Source: an uncultured Candidatus Rokubacteria bacterium
GTDB taxonomy: Bacteria; Methylomirabilota; Methylomirabilia; Rokubacteriales; DASRDR01
Reading direction: 5' to 3'
DNA: 64,000 nucleotides
Assembly (NCBI GenBank): GCA_963708025.1
Contig: CAVPSB010000014.1
Location: 416,001 to 480,000, forward strand
The notes beneath the pieces were generated by a model. The model was not told the origin of the DNA. It saw only the letters and a program-made list of their open reading frames with translations, and did not search any database. Shown here in pieces: positions 47,801 to 57,046 of this stretch (the stretch's first letter is position 1; each line of letters starts with the position of its first letter). The position numbers and the translations under genes were made by a program.

Positions 47801-48328
47801 GTGAAGCGCGCGGCCGACGCCGAGCGGCGGGTGATGCCCGGTGAGACGCGCCTCGGCGAGGCGGTGGCGCGGTTCCTCTTCAAGCTGATGGCGTACAAGG
47901 ACGAGTACGAGGTGGCCCGCCTCATGCTGCGGCCCGAGCTGCGGGCCTCGCTGGTCACCGAGTTCGGCGACGCCACCGCGCTGCGCTACCACCTCCATCC
48001 CCCCGTCCTGCGGGCCCTCGGGTGGCAGCGGAAGATCGCGCTCGGCCCGTGGTTCGCCGGCGTGTTCCGCCTCCTGGTCGCGGCTCGCCGCCTGCGGGGG
48101 ACCATCTTCGATCCCTTCGGGCACGCCGAGGTCCGGCGCGTCGAGCGGGCGCTGATCGGCGAGTACCGGGAGCTGGTGGAGCGCGCCCTCGGCGACCTGT
48201 CACCCGCGACCTACGACCGCGCGGTCGAGATCGCCCGCCTCCCGGACCTCGTCCGGGGCTACGAGGAGATCAAGCTCCGGAGCGTGGCCCACTTCCGGGA
48301 CGAGGCGCGCCGGCTCCTCCCGGCGTAG
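44867..48328 (+). CDS. Indolepyruvate:ferredoxin oxidoreductase family (fused alpha-beta)
   Basis: SGYRGSPLGG, FCSGCPHN, GDGT.FHSG, CEGCGDCGVKSNC, GIGGTGV, MAYKDEYEVAR. Confidence 0.95.
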   Translation: MPPDFSLDAKYRLETGRIFLSGIQALVRLPLDQHRADRRRGLDTATLISGYRGSPLGGFDITVERNQTLLAEHQVVFISGVNEDLGATAVAGSQLTHLFPKPKYDGVLGVWYGKAPGVNRSGDILKHANFAGVGRHGGVLALAGDDPQAKSSTLPTHSEVAFYDALMPVLFPGSVQDILDLGRLGFELSRYSGLWVGFKIVTDVADAVGTAEVAPDRVTVVDPGFTFEGRPWAARQPALLLPPFTLEVEREIQYGRLPAARAFAAANGVNRITVPAPGAWLGLAAAGKTYYDLRQALTDLGLDDGALRHHGIRLLKLGMLFPMEPGIVREFARGLEEVLVVEEKRGFAELLIRDVLYDLAERPRVVGKHDEAGRPLVPADNELDADAIAGLVAGRLERRLQIPSVRARMAAIEAGRERPVSITVARQPYFCSGCPHNRSTVVPDGSFAAAGIGCHGLALNMGRQVIGITQMGGEGVQWVGLAPFTHTPHIFQQLGDGTLFHSGSLGIRQAVAAGTHVTFKILYNSAVAMTGGQDAAGAVPVPALTRQLEAEGVGRILVLTDEPEKYGTDARFAPGVEVWHRDRLDEAQRLLREIPGVTALVYDQRCAAEKRRLRKRGKLPDPAMRVVINEAVCEGCGDCGVKSNCLSVQPVETEFGRKTQIHQSSCNKDYSCLLGDCPSFLTLVPSAGSRRRERTRYRVDQPLPEPERRVRHDASLFLTGIGGTGVVTVNQLLGTAALLDGRHVIGLDQTGLSQKGGPVVSHLKLSDRPGDAASKVGSGDADAYLGFDLLVAAAPGNLARARPDTTIAVVSTTQVPTGAMVASPEVPFPDPQGLLAAINRVTRKDENVFLDALGLAEALFGDHMAANLIVLGAAYQAGAIPLSSGAIEQAIVLNAVAVEMNTHAFRVGRLAVADPRGLATVRRQRAGAVETAPAVTAETRQLVEAAGSDGELRRLLEVRVPELIAYQDARYARGYVDFVKRAADAERRVMPGETRLGEAVARFLFKLMAYKDEYEVARLMLRPELRASLVTEFGDATALRYHLHPPVLRALGWQRKIALGPWFAGVFRLLVAARRLRGTIFDPFGHAEVRRVERALIGEYRELVERALGDLSPATYDRAVEIARLPDLVRGYEEIKLRSVAHFRDEARRLLPA

Positions 48329-48384
48329 GGCCCGACCTCGGGGCGGCGAGCCGGCCGGTCCGACCGCCCGGAAAGGGGGAACGC

Positions 48385-49032
48385 ATGACGAGATGGAGGT
48401 TCTGGCTGGCGGGAACCTTGACGCTGGTAGTCGTCGGCTCGGTCACGGCGCGGCCGGCGTCGGCCGAGTGGTTCCTGGACCTCTACGGCGGCGCATCCTT
48501 CACCCAGGACGCTGACGTCAAGCTCAGGGGCGGAAGGAGCCTGGACGACAAGGTCAACTTCGATACGGTGGGCACCGCAGGCGGGCGCTTCGGGTATTGG
48601 TTCGGTGCCCTCGGGCTGCCCTGGCTGGGCGCCGCACTGGACGTGTCGTACTTCGCTCCGGATGCGACCGGCCCCACGATCGACACGCACCTCGAGGTGA
48701 TCCCCATCTCGTCGCTGGTCATGTTCCGGGCGCCACTCCTGGCGAGTCCCGCATTCCCCTACGGACAGCTGCAACCCTACCTCGGGGCCGGGCCGTCGCT
48801 CTTCATCACCGACGTCAAGATCGACACGCTGGCGACCGGTGAGAGGCGCTCGGATGCGGTGGCCGAGGTCGGGGGCGACCTGCGCGGAGGGATCACGTTC
48901 ATGCTCGCGCCCGGCTTCGGCGTCTTCGCCGAGGGGCGCTACACGTTCTTCAGGACGAACCCCGGCGGGAAGAGCACCGAGTTCGACGTCGAGACGTTCC
49001 ACGCTCTCGGTGGCCTGACGATCCGGTGGTGA
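48385..49032 (+). CDS. Small outer-membrane beta-barrel protein
   Basis: Signal peptide ending ASA-E; QPYLGAG, FAEGRY, C-terminal W. Confidence 0.8.
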   Translation: MTRWRFWLAGTLTLVVVGSVTARPASAEWFLDLYGGASFTQDADVKLRGGRSLDDKVNFDTVGTAGGRFGYWFGALGLPWLGAALDVSYFAPDATGPTIDTHLEVIPISSLVMFRAPLLASPAFPYGQLQPYLGAGPSLFITDVKIDTLATGERRSDAVAEVGGDLRGGITFMLAPGFGVFAEGRYTFFRTNPGGKSTEFDVETFHALGGLTIRW

Positions 49033-49292
49033 GCGCCTCCCGCAGGCTGCCGAAGATGCTGGACGATCTCGAGTCGCTCGGGCGTCGCGCGAGACGAGTA
49101 GCCATCCTGGTGCCGATTTTGGCTCTCACGGCAGTCGGGCTGGGCGGCTGCTACTACGTCGTTCCCGTTCCGCCGCCCCCGCCCGGCGCCGCTCCAATGC
49201 TGCCGCAGTTCGTTCGCGAGCGACCGCAGTGCCGGTGGACGTATGGGCCGGGCTGGAGCGGGTGGGGATGGTACAGCTCCATCCCCTGCTAG
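49029..49292 (+). CDS. Small putative lipoprotein
   Basis: Hydrophobic stretch with LGGC lipobox, Pro-rich linker, Trp/Gly-rich end. Confidence 0.55.
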   Translation: MSASRRLPKMLDDLESLGRRARRVAILVPILALTAVGLGGCYYVVPVPPPPPGAAPMLPQFVRERPQCRWTYGPGWSGWGWYSSIPC

Positions 49293-49455
49293 GTCGTGTC
49301 CGCGCCGCCCGGTGGCTTCGTCGCCGCAGCCGCGTCTCGGCCAAGGCTTGGGAGAGGGACACCGGAGGGATCCTCGGGAGGGCCGGTCTTGCCATGCGTT
49401 GGATTCGAGTAGAATGCAGGGGGCCGTCCCGCGTGGCGGCCGGTACCCGGACCCC

Positions 49456-50373
49456 ATGGACTTCCGCCAGCTCGAGGTGTTCGCCAAGGTCGTCGAGACG
49501 CGCAGCTTCTCGCGCGCGGCCGAGGGCCTGCGCCTGACCCAGTCCACGATCAGCGAGCACGTGCGGCTCCTCGAGGAGGAGATCGGCGCCCGGCTGTTCG
49601 ACCGGCTGGGCCGCGAGACGGTGCCGACCCGGGCGGGCGAGCTGCTTCATGGCTACGCCCAGCGCCTGCTCGCCCTGCGCACGGACGCTCAGCAGGCCCT
49701 CCAGCAGTTCCTCGGCCAGATCTCGGGGGTATTGACCGTCGGGGCCAGCACGATCCCCGGCGAGTACGTCCTGCCCCCGCTCATCGGCCGATTCCGGGAG
49801 AAGTGCCCCCAGGTGACGATCGGCCTTCAGATCGGGGACAGCCAGGATATCGTCGAGGCGGTCCTGGAGGGGCGGGTCGAGCTGGGGGTCGTGGGGGCGC
49901 GTCCCGAGCAGCGGGCGCTCCACGCGGTGGAGCTGATGCCCGACGAGCTGGTGGTGGTCGTGCCGCCCGGTCACCCCTGGTTCGGCCGGCGGCTGGTGAC
50001 GCTGGACGAGTTGTTGCCCGAGCCGCTCATACTCCGGGAGTCCGGCTCCGGCACCCGGCAGGCGCTGGAGAAGGCGCTGGAGGCGGCGGGGCAGGGCCTC
50101 GGCGGTCTTCGCGTCGTCGCGGAGATGGGCTCGACCTCGGCGATCAAGCAGGGGGTCAAGGCCGGCGTAGGCGTGTCCGTGATGTCGAAGCGGGCGGTCG
50201 AGGAGGAGTGCCGGCACGGCTTCCTCTGGGGCGCCAAGATCCGCGATCTCCCCTTCACGCGCCACTTCTACGTGATCACGCACACCGGGCGCTCGCGCTC
50301 CCCGCTGTGCCAGACCTTTCTCGACTTTCTCCTGGCGGCGGGCGAGGGCGGGCCCCGGGAAGCGACGCGGTGA
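49456..50373 (+). CDS. LysR-family regulator (CysL-like)
   Basis: MDFRQLEVF..SFSRAA..LTQSTIS, GASTIPGEYVLP, RESGSGTR. Confidence 0.93.
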   Translation: MDFRQLEVFAKVVETRSFSRAAEGLRLTQSTISEHVRLLEEEIGARLFDRLGRETVPTRAGELLHGYAQRLLALRTDAQQALQQFLGQISGVLTVGASTIPGEYVLPPLIGRFREKCPQVTIGLQIGDSQDIVEAVLEGRVELGVVGARPEQRALHAVELMPDELVVVVPPGHPWFGRRLVTLDELLPEPLILRESGSGTRQALEKALEAAGQGLGGLRVVAEMGSTSAIKQGVKAGVGVSVMSKRAVEEECRHGFLWGAKIRDLPFTRHFYVITHTGRSRSPLCQTFLDFLLAAGEGGPREATR

Positions 50374-50426
50374 GCCTCGGCGCTGGTCGATCCCCGATGC
50401 CGGCGTCCCGGTAGCCGGGAAGGACC

Positions 50427-50690
50427 TCAGGCCGGGGGGGGGAGCCTTCCTTCCTTTTCCTGACTAAGGAAGTCGAGCAGCCGCTGGGTCAGCTCGGGGG
50501 GGATATTGTCCAGGGGCAGCTTCCGCGCGACGTCCACGGTGCCCTTGTAGGTCTTCACGAAGCTGACACACGAGGGGCACAGCTCGAGGTGGATGTCGAG
50601 CGCGCGGGTGCGCTCGGAGGACAACTCGCCCTCGAGGTAGTTGACCAAGAGGTCGATGCACTCCTGACAGCGCGCGATGTGCGAGGTCAC
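50427..50690 (-). CDS. zf-HC2 anti-sigma-like small protein
   Basis: CQEC...YLEGEL...HLELCPSC. Confidence 0.82.
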   Translation of the reverse strand: MTSHIARCQECIDLLVNYLEGELSSERTRALDIHLELCPSCVSFVKTYKGTVDVARKLPLDNIPPELTQRLLDFLSQEKEGRLPPPA

Positions 50691-50914
50691 GAGCAGGTTG
50701 TCTCGGTGCTCCGGCCGGGGCGGCGCTCGGTCATCAGGTTGACCAGATCGTAACACAGCTTCCGTTCTTACGACGCCAGCCGTGGGCGCCGAGATTCCGG
50801 CCGCCGCCCCCCGGCGGGGCGGCCCCGACCGGCCCCGGCCGCCCGGCCGCGACCGGGCGCGGGGTCCGCGTGCTATCATTCCGCGGACCCATTCCGGAGA
50901 TGAGAGTGCGGTGC

Positions 50915-51049
50915 ATTCGGAGGCTTCCGGCTCCCCCCTCACCCCGGTGACCACCGGAGGGCGGGACGTCGCGAGGGCCGCAGGCCCGAGCCGTCCCGGC
51001 GATCCGGTCAAACGGAGGGGGGCTGGGGGGGTGGGCGGGAGGTCCCGAA
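50915..51049 (+). repeat. Family A element, copy 7, with internal GGGCCGCAGGCCC module
   Basis: TTCGGAGGCTTCCGGCTCCCCCCTC...GGGGGGCTGGGGGGGTGGGCGGGAGGTCCCGAA. Confidence 0.75.
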
Positions 51050-51063
51050 TTGAGGTGCGCGCC

Positions 51064-51531
51064 ATGGCGCTGAAGAAGCTCGGCCACGTCGTGCTGAAGG
51101 TACGGGACCTCGATCGGTCGGAGGCGTTTTACACGGGCGTGGTCGGCCTCCGGGTGACCGGGTGCCTCCCCGGGCGGATGGTGTTCTTCGGCGTCCCGGG
51201 GAACGAGGACTCGCACGACCTGGCCCTCTGGAAGGTGGGACCCGACGCGGCCGCTGCCGAGCCGAAGCAGGTGGGGCTCTTCCACGTCGCCTGGCAGGTG
51301 GAGCGTCCGGAGGACCTCGAGCCGCTGTACCGGCACCTCCTCGCCATGGGGGTGGCGGTTCAGGGAACGATGGACCACGGCGCCAACCTGTCCATCTACT
51401 TCGAGGACCCGGACGGCAACATGCTCGAGTTCACGTACGAGCAACCCCGCCAGGCCTGGCCCCCGGGCCAGAACCCCTTCGCCGGCCGCGAGCCGCTTCC
51501 CTTCGAGGACGCCGGCCGGACCCGGCGGTAG
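51064..51531 (+). CDS. VOC / glyoxalase family protein
   Basis: LGHVVLKVRDL, SHDLAL, GLFHVAW, SIYFEDPDGN.LE. Confidence 0.92.
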   Translation: MALKKLGHVVLKVRDLDRSEAFYTGVVGLRVTGCLPGRMVFFGVPGNEDSHDLALWKVGPDAAAAEPKQVGLFHVAWQVERPEDLEPLYRHLLAMGVAVQGTMDHGANLSIYFEDPDGNMLEFTYEQPRQAWPPGQNPFAGREPLPFEDAGRTRR

Positions 51532-51545
51532 CACGCCGCGTCCCG

Positions 51546-52466
51546 ATGGAGCACGTCCGGTTCGTCCTCCCGTTCCACACGGTCTTCTACACGCCCCACT
51601 ACCTGGCGGTCGCGCTCGGGTGCTTCGCCGAGGAAGGCCTGGAGGCCGAGCAGGCAACGCCGGCCCCGCCCAACGGGGTGGCCCGCGCGCTGCTGGCCGG
51701 CGAGGCGGACGTGGGGCTCTCGGGTCCGATCCGGGCTCTCGGGGCCGTGGATCGCGGGGAGGGACGGCTCGTCTGCGTGGCGGAGATCAACAGCCGGGTC
51801 GGCTTCTTCCTGCTGGGGCATTCGGCGGCGCAGGACTTCGCGTGGCGGGACCTGGTCGGGCAGCGTGTTCTCGTCTTCGCCGAGGCGCCGACGCCACGGC
51901 TGTGTCTGGAGTACCTCCTGGAGCGGCACGGCATCCGGGTCGGCTCGGTGGACATGGTCGCCGACATGCCGGCCGCACAGGCGGTGGAGCGATTTCGCGC
52001 CGGGCGCGCGGACTATCTGCTTCAGGGCCAGCCGCTCACCGAGCGGCTCCTGACCAGCGGGCAGGCTCACGTGGCCGTCGCCCTTGGCCCGGCGCTCGGC
52101 CCGATGGCCTTCAGCGCCTACCTGGTGACGCCGCGGCTCATGTCCGAGCGGCCGCACGTCCTCGACGCCGTGCTCCGGGCGCTCTACCGGGCCCAGCGCT
52201 GGCTGCACCGCCACCAGCCGGACGAGATCGCTGCCCTGGTGGCGCCGGCCTTTCCTGGCGAGGAGCGGGCGGTGCTGACCGCCGCCATCCGGCGCTACCT
52301 GGCCGGCAAGACGTGGGCGGTCGACCCGATCCTGCGCCGGCCCGGCTTCGACGCCCTCCAGGAGGTGCTCTTGCTTCGCGGCTTCGTCAAGCGCAGTCAT
52401 CCGTACGATGCCGTCGTCGATGCCAGCCGGGCCGAGGCGGCGGTCCGGGCCGTCGGGGTGGCCTGA
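51546..52466 (+). CDS. NMT1/THI5-like ABC substrate-binding protein
   Basis: FYTPHYLA..LG.FAEEGL, SGP, TP..CLEYLL. Confidence 0.8.
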   Translation: MEHVRFVLPFHTVFYTPHYLAVALGCFAEEGLEAEQATPAPPNGVARALLAGEADVGLSGPIRALGAVDRGEGRLVCVAEINSRVGFFLLGHSAAQDFAWRDLVGQRVLVFAEAPTPRLCLEYLLERHGIRVGSVDMVADMPAAQAVERFRAGRADYLLQGQPLTERLLTSGQAHVAVALGPALGPMAFSAYLVTPRLMSERPHVLDAVLRALYRAQRWLHRHQPDEIAALVAPAFPGEERAVLTAAIRRYLAGKTWAVDPILRRPGFDALQEVLLLRGFVKRSHPYDAVVDASRAEAAVRAVGVA

Positions 52467-52544
52467 CGCCCGCGTTACGGCAGAAAGCACGGCCGCCCAG
52501 CACGGACCGCTTTGGCGCTTCGAGGACCCTAGGGAGGGGATCCG

Positions 52545-53705
52545 ATGGAGTTCAGCCTCACGGAGGAGCAGCGCCAGTACCAGGCCCTCGTCCGCGACTT
52601 CGCCGAGAAGGAGGTCGCGCCGCACGTCCGGGAATATGACCGGGCGGAGCGGTATCCGGTTGAGATCCTCAAGAAGATGGCGGGCCTCGGCTTCGTCGGG
52701 GGCACGATCCCCGAGGAATACGGCGGCCCCGGCCTCGATCCCCTCACGATGGCGCTCGGGATCGAGGAGATGTCGCGGGTCTGCATCCACATGGGGTCGG
52801 CGATGGGGCGGGCGGCCGGACTGGTCGGCGCCGGCATCCTCCAGTTCGGCTCGGAGGCGCAGAAGCGCCGGTACCTGGTGCCGGTGGCGTGCGGCGAGGT
52901 CTTCGCCGGCACGGCGGTGACCGAGCCCCACTCGGGGACAGACGTCGCCGCCATGGAGACGACGGCCGTGCGGAAGGGCGACGCCTACGTGCTGAACGGC
53001 TCGAAGACCTGGATCTCCGGGGTCGGCCTCGCCGCCTGGTACCTGACGTTCGCGACACTCGACCGGGCGAAGGGGCCGAAGGGAATCTGCGCCTTCATCG
53101 TGGAGCGGGGCGTCCCCGGCTTCAGCGAGCGCCCGATCCGGAACAAGCTGGCGTTCCGGCCGACCCAGGTGGGGGAGCTGACCTTCGAGGACTGCCGGGT
53201 TCCGGTGGAGAACCGGGTGGGGGGCGAGGGCGACGGGCTCAAGGTCGCGCTGTGCGCCGTCGAGAACGGCCGCCTGTCGGTGGCCTGCCGCGCTGTGGGC
53301 CTGGCCCAGGCCTGCCTGGACGAGTCGGCGCGCTACGCCCGCCAGCGGGTCGTGGGCGGGAGGAAGATCGCGGAGTACCAGCTGGTCCAGGCCAAGATCG
53401 CCGACATGGTGCTGGGCATCGAGTCGGCGCGCTTCCTGACGTACCGGCTCGCGTGGCTGAGGAGCCGGGGGGTCAAGCGGGCCCGACGGGAGGCGTCGGT
53501 CGCCAAGCTGTACGCCACCGAGATGGCCTTTCGGGCCGCCTCCGACGCCGTGCAGATCCACGGCGCCTACGGCGCCTCCGACGAGTACAATGTCGGCCGC
53601 TACCTCCGCGACGCGAAGTTCCTCCAGGTGGTCGAGGGGACGAACGACATCCACCGCGTGCTGATCGGCGAGTATGCGCTGGGGCTTCGGGACGAGTCCC
53701 GATAG
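52545..53705 (+). CDS. Acyl-CoA dehydrogenase
   Basis: TEPHSGTD, LNGSKTWIS, QIHGAYG, EGTNDI. Confidence 0.95.
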   Translation: MEFSLTEEQRQYQALVRDFAEKEVAPHVREYDRAERYPVEILKKMAGLGFVGGTIPEEYGGPGLDPLTMALGIEEMSRVCIHMGSAMGRAAGLVGAGILQFGSEAQKRRYLVPVACGEVFAGTAVTEPHSGTDVAAMETTAVRKGDAYVLNGSKTWISGVGLAAWYLTFATLDRAKGPKGICAFIVERGVPGFSERPIRNKLAFRPTQVGELTFEDCRVPVENRVGGEGDGLKVALCAVENGRLSVACRAVGLAQACLDESARYARQRVVGGRKIAEYQLVQAKIADMVLGIESARFLTYRLAWLRSRGVKRARREASVAKLYATEMAFRAASDAVQIHGAYGASDEYNVGRYLRDAKFLQVVEGTNDIHRVLIGEYALGLRDESR

Positions 53706-53761
53706 CGGTCAACCTGACCGGCGCCGGTGAGCTGGACCCAAACCGCTTACAGGAGGCGAGC

Positions 53762-54991
53762 ATGAACGGACCGTTGACCCGCCGCGATTTCCTCGGAGGC
53801 GTGGTGGCCGCCACCACCGCCACCCTCGGGTTCCCCGCCGTGGTCCGGGCCCAGGCCCGGGAGCTGAAGGTCGGTCACATCCACCCGCTCTCCGGCTTCC
53901 TGGCCTTCGACGGCGGGCTTGTCGTCAACGGGCTCACGCTGGCGGTCGAGGAGGTCAACGCGGGGGGCGGGATCAAGTCGATGAGCGGGGCCCGGCTCAC
54001 CCTGGTCGGCGGCGACACCCAGGGCAAGGTCGAGGTGGGGATGGCCGAGTCGGAGCGGCTGATCCGGGACGGCGTGGTGGCGCTCATGGGTCCGTACCAG
54101 AGCCCGGTCGCCTACGCGGTCTCGCAGCTCGCGGAGAAGGAGCGGACCCCGTTCGTCATCACGGTGGCGGTGGCCGACAACGTGACGGAACGCGGGTTCG
54201 AGTACACCTTCCGGGTCCAGCCCAACGCGAAGGCGATGACGACGCGGAGTCTCGACCACCTGGCCGATCTGGCGAAGGCGAGCGGCGTCCCGGTGAAGAC
54301 GATCGCCCTCATGCACGAGGACGGCCTGTTCGGGAGTTCGATCGCGGGGCACCTGGAGCGGCACGCCCGGACGCTCGGCATGGACCTTGTGCTCAAGGTG
54401 GCGTACAACTTCCGCACCCCGGATGTCACGACCGAGATCACCAAGATCAAGGCGGCCCGGCCGGACCTGGTGGTCGTGAGCGGGTACTTCGGGGACGGGC
54501 TGCTCATCGCGCGCACGGCGGCCGAGGCCCGGCTCGAGACACGCGCGGTCATGGGGATCGCCAACGGCGGCTTCTCCAACCCGAAGTTCCTGGCCGACCA
54601 GCCCCAGCTCGCCGACCTCGTCATGGACGGCAACTACTGGCACAACCCGCGCAGCGAGCGGGCCAGGCGGGTGATGGAGGCCTACCAGAAGCGCTTCGGC
54701 TCGCCGATGTCTTCCCACTCCGTCCAGTCGTATAGCGCTCTGATGGTCCTGCGGGACGCGCTGGAGCGGGCGGGGAGCCCGGACCGCGCGAAGATCCGGG
54801 AGGCGCTGGTCACGACCAGTCTGGGCGACCATATCCTCCCCCAGGGGCCGATCCAGTTCGACAAGACGGGAGAGAACGTCAACGCCCAGCCGGCGCTCCT
54901 CCAGAACCAGGGCGGCAAGACCCTGGTCGTCGGCCCTGCCGCGTACGCGGAGGGGAAGGCGGTGTTCCCCGTCCCGCGCTGGTCACGGTAG
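53762..54991 (+). CDS. Branched-chain amino acid ABC substrate-binding protein (Tat signal)
   Basis: TRRDFL, VNAGGGIKS, FRVQP, GPIQFD. Confidence 0.9.
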   Translation: MNGPLTRRDFLGGVVAATTATLGFPAVVRAQARELKVGHIHPLSGFLAFDGGLVVNGLTLAVEEVNAGGGIKSMSGARLTLVGGDTQGKVEVGMAESERLIRDGVVALMGPYQSPVAYAVSQLAEKERTPFVITVAVADNVTERGFEYTFRVQPNAKAMTTRSLDHLADLAKASGVPVKTIALMHEDGLFGSSIAGHLERHARTLGMDLVLKVAYNFRTPDVTTEITKIKAARPDLVVVSGYFGDGLLIARTAAEARLETRAVMGIANGGFSNPKFLADQPQLADLVMDGNYWHNPRSERARRVMEAYQKRFGSPMSSHSVQSYSALMVLRDALERAGSPDRAKIREALVTTSLGDHILPQGPIQFDKTGENVNAQPALLQNQGGKTLVVGPAAYAEGKAVFPVPRWSR

Positions 54992-55065
54992 CCCGGTCGT
55001 GCCGGTGGCGCTTCGGCGCATCCGGGCGGGCGGCGCGCTGGCCTCGCGGCAGGCGGGAGGCGCGC

Positions 55066-55182
55066 GGGGTCCTCTGGCTCTCCGGCTCCCCCCCGGCCAC
55101 AGGCCGAAGGCCGTCCATCGGTGGGGGAGGGGGCCAAAGGCCGAAGGCCGTTCGAGGGATCGGGTAGGCGGGAGGTCCCGAA
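55066..55182 (+). repeat. Family A element, copy 8
   Basis: Two GGCCGAAGGCC modules; ends GGGTAGGCGGGAGGTCCCGAA before the livH CTG. Confidence 0.85.
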
Positions 55183-56049
55183 CTGAGGACGGTGCTGTGG
55201 CAGGCGTGCGTGTCGGGACTCCTGATCGGCGGGGTCTACGCGCTGGTCGCCCTCGGCCTCACCCTGATCTTCGGCGTCATGCGCATCATCAACTTCGCCC
55301 ACGGCACGCTGATGATGCTCGGCATGTACGCCACCTTCTTCCTCTACAGCCTGGGCGGCGTCGATCCCTACCTCTCGGTCCTGCTGGTGGGCCCGGCCTT
55401 CTTCCTGGCCGGCGTGGCCCTCGAGCGCGGCGTGATCGCGCCGAACCTCGCCGCGCCGGAGTCGAACCAGCTCCTGCTCACCCTCGGCGTCGCGCTCTGC
55501 CTGGAGAACGCGGCGCTCGTCCTCTTCAGCCCCGACTACCGGTCGATCCGGCTGCCCTGGGCCTCGCACGCCCTCTTCGTCGGTGAGGCGGTCGTCAACC
55601 TGCCGCGGCTGATCGCCTTCGGCTCCTCGGTCGCGCTCGCGGTGGGGCTCTGGCTGTTCCTCAAGCGAACCGACCTCGGCAAGGCGATCCGGGCGGCGGC
55701 CGAGGAGCGGGAGGGGGCCCTCCTCGTCGGCATCGACGTCCGGCGGATCTACGCGGTCGCGTTCGGGCTGGGCTCGGCGCTGGTGGCGGTCGCCGGGAGC
55801 CTCGTCACGCCCTTCCTCTACGTGGCCCCGGACGTCGGGGACGTCTTCAACATCCTCGCCTTCGTCACCGTCGTGCTGGGAGGCATGGGGAGCTTCGTCG
55901 GCGCCCTGCTCGGCGGGTTCCTGGTCGGCCTCGCCGAGTCGCTGGGGGCGGCCGTGCTGCCGGGCTCCCTCAAGCAGCTCCCCATCTTCGTGCTCTTCGT
56001 CCTCGTCCTGCTCTTCCGCCCGACCGGCCTGTTCGGCCGGCGTGTCTGA
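55183..56049 (+). CDS. livH: BCAA ABC permease LivH (CTG 55183 or GTG 55192)
   Basis: YALVALGLTLIFGVMRIINFAHG, VLGGMGS, RPTGLFG. Confidence 0.92.
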   Translation: MRTVLWQACVSGLLIGGVYALVALGLTLIFGVMRIINFAHGTLMMLGMYATFFLYSLGGVDPYLSVLLVGPAFFLAGVALERGVIAPNLAAPESNQLLLTLGVALCLENAALVLFSPDYRSIRLPWASHALFVGEAVVNLPRLIAFGSSVALAVGLWLFLKRTDLGKAIRAAAEEREGALLVGIDVRRIYAVAFGLGSALVAVAGSLVTPFLYVAPDVGDVFNILAFVTVVLGGMGSFVGALLGGFLVGLAESLGAAVLPGSLKQLPIFVLFVLVLLFRPTGLFGRRV

Positions 56050-56095
56050 GGAAGCGACTGGGTGCTGGCGCCCGAGCAGTTCTCGAAGTAGCGGG

Positions 56096-57043
56096 ATGCG
56101 CCGGGGACGGACTCTCGCCTGGCTCGCCGCCGGGGCTCTCGCCATCGCCGCACCGCCGTTCGCCTCGGCCTACGTCGTCCACGTCCTGATCCTCGTCCTT
56201 TTCTACGCGTACCTGGGCACCGCCTGGAACATCCTGGGGGGCTACGCCGGCCAGTTCTCCTTCGGCCACGCCGCGTTCTTCGGGATCGGCGCCTACACCT
56301 CGACGCTCCTCCTCGCCCGCGCCGGCGTGAGCCCCTGGCTCGGCCTGTGGGCGGGTGGCCTCCTCGCCGCCGGCTTCGGCTGCTTCGCCGGTTACCTGGC
56401 CTTCCGTTACGGGCTGCGCGGCCCGTACTTCGCGCTGGTGACGCTCGCCTTCGCCGAGATGCTGCGGCTGATCGCCGTGAACTGGGCCGCCATCGGGGGG
56501 CCGATGGGCATCCTGATCCCGCTGCCGAAGGGCGGGGACGCGTGGTGGCGCCTCCAGTTCCGGGAGAAGCTGCCCTACTACTACGTGATGCTGGCGCTCG
56601 TCTCACTCGTGCTCTGGCTCACGCGCCGCCTCGAGCGCTCCCGCCTCGGCTACACGCTGGCGGCGATCCGGGAGAACGAGGATGCCGCCGAGGCCTCGGG
56701 CGTCGACACGGTGTCGGCCAAGCTGGTGGCGATGGCGCTCTCGTCGTTCCTGACGGCGCTCGGCGGGACCTTCTACGCCCAGTACTACTCGTTCATCGAC
56801 CCGACGCTCGCCTTCGGCGTCCCGGTGTCGGTGGAGATCCTCCTGCGGCCGATCGTCGGCGGCCCGGGGACGCTGCTGGGCCCGCTGCTGGGCTCGGTCG
56901 TGCTGACCCCGCTCTCCGAGCTGACGCGCTGGCTGATCCGGGGGCGGCCGGGGGTCGACGTCATGATCTACGGCGCGCTCCTGGTGCTGGTGATCACGTT
57001 CCTGCCTCGAGGTCTGGTGGGCCTGGGCCGGGGGCGCGGCTGA
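56096..57043 (+). CDS. livM: BCAA ABC permease LivM
   Basis: WNILGGYAGQFSFGHAAFFGIGAY, AIRENEDAA, LPRGLVG. Confidence 0.92.
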   Translation: MRRGRTLAWLAAGALAIAAPPFASAYVVHVLILVLFYAYLGTAWNILGGYAGQFSFGHAAFFGIGAYTSTLLLARAGVSPWLGLWAGGLLAAGFGCFAGYLAFRYGLRGPYFALVTLAFAEMLRLIAVNWAAIGGPMGILIPLPKGGDAWWRLQFREKLPYYYVMLALVSLVLWLTRRLERSRLGYTLAAIRENEDAAEASGVDTVSAKLVAMALSSFLTALGGTFYAQYYSFIDPTLAFGVPVSVEILLRPIVGGPGTLLGPLLGSVVLTPLSELTRWLIRGRPGVDVMIYGALLVLVITFLPRGLVGLGRGRG

Positions 57044-57046
57044 CCC

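Noticed and set aside
44747-48124. Very long antisense or alternative-frame ORFs (e.g. 44747-48124 minus, 33836-36586 minus, 51396-53654 minus, 2215-3972 plus)
   Set aside because: Shadow ORFs of real genes in high-GC DNA; no motifs, and Arg/Pro/Gly-rich or mirror composition
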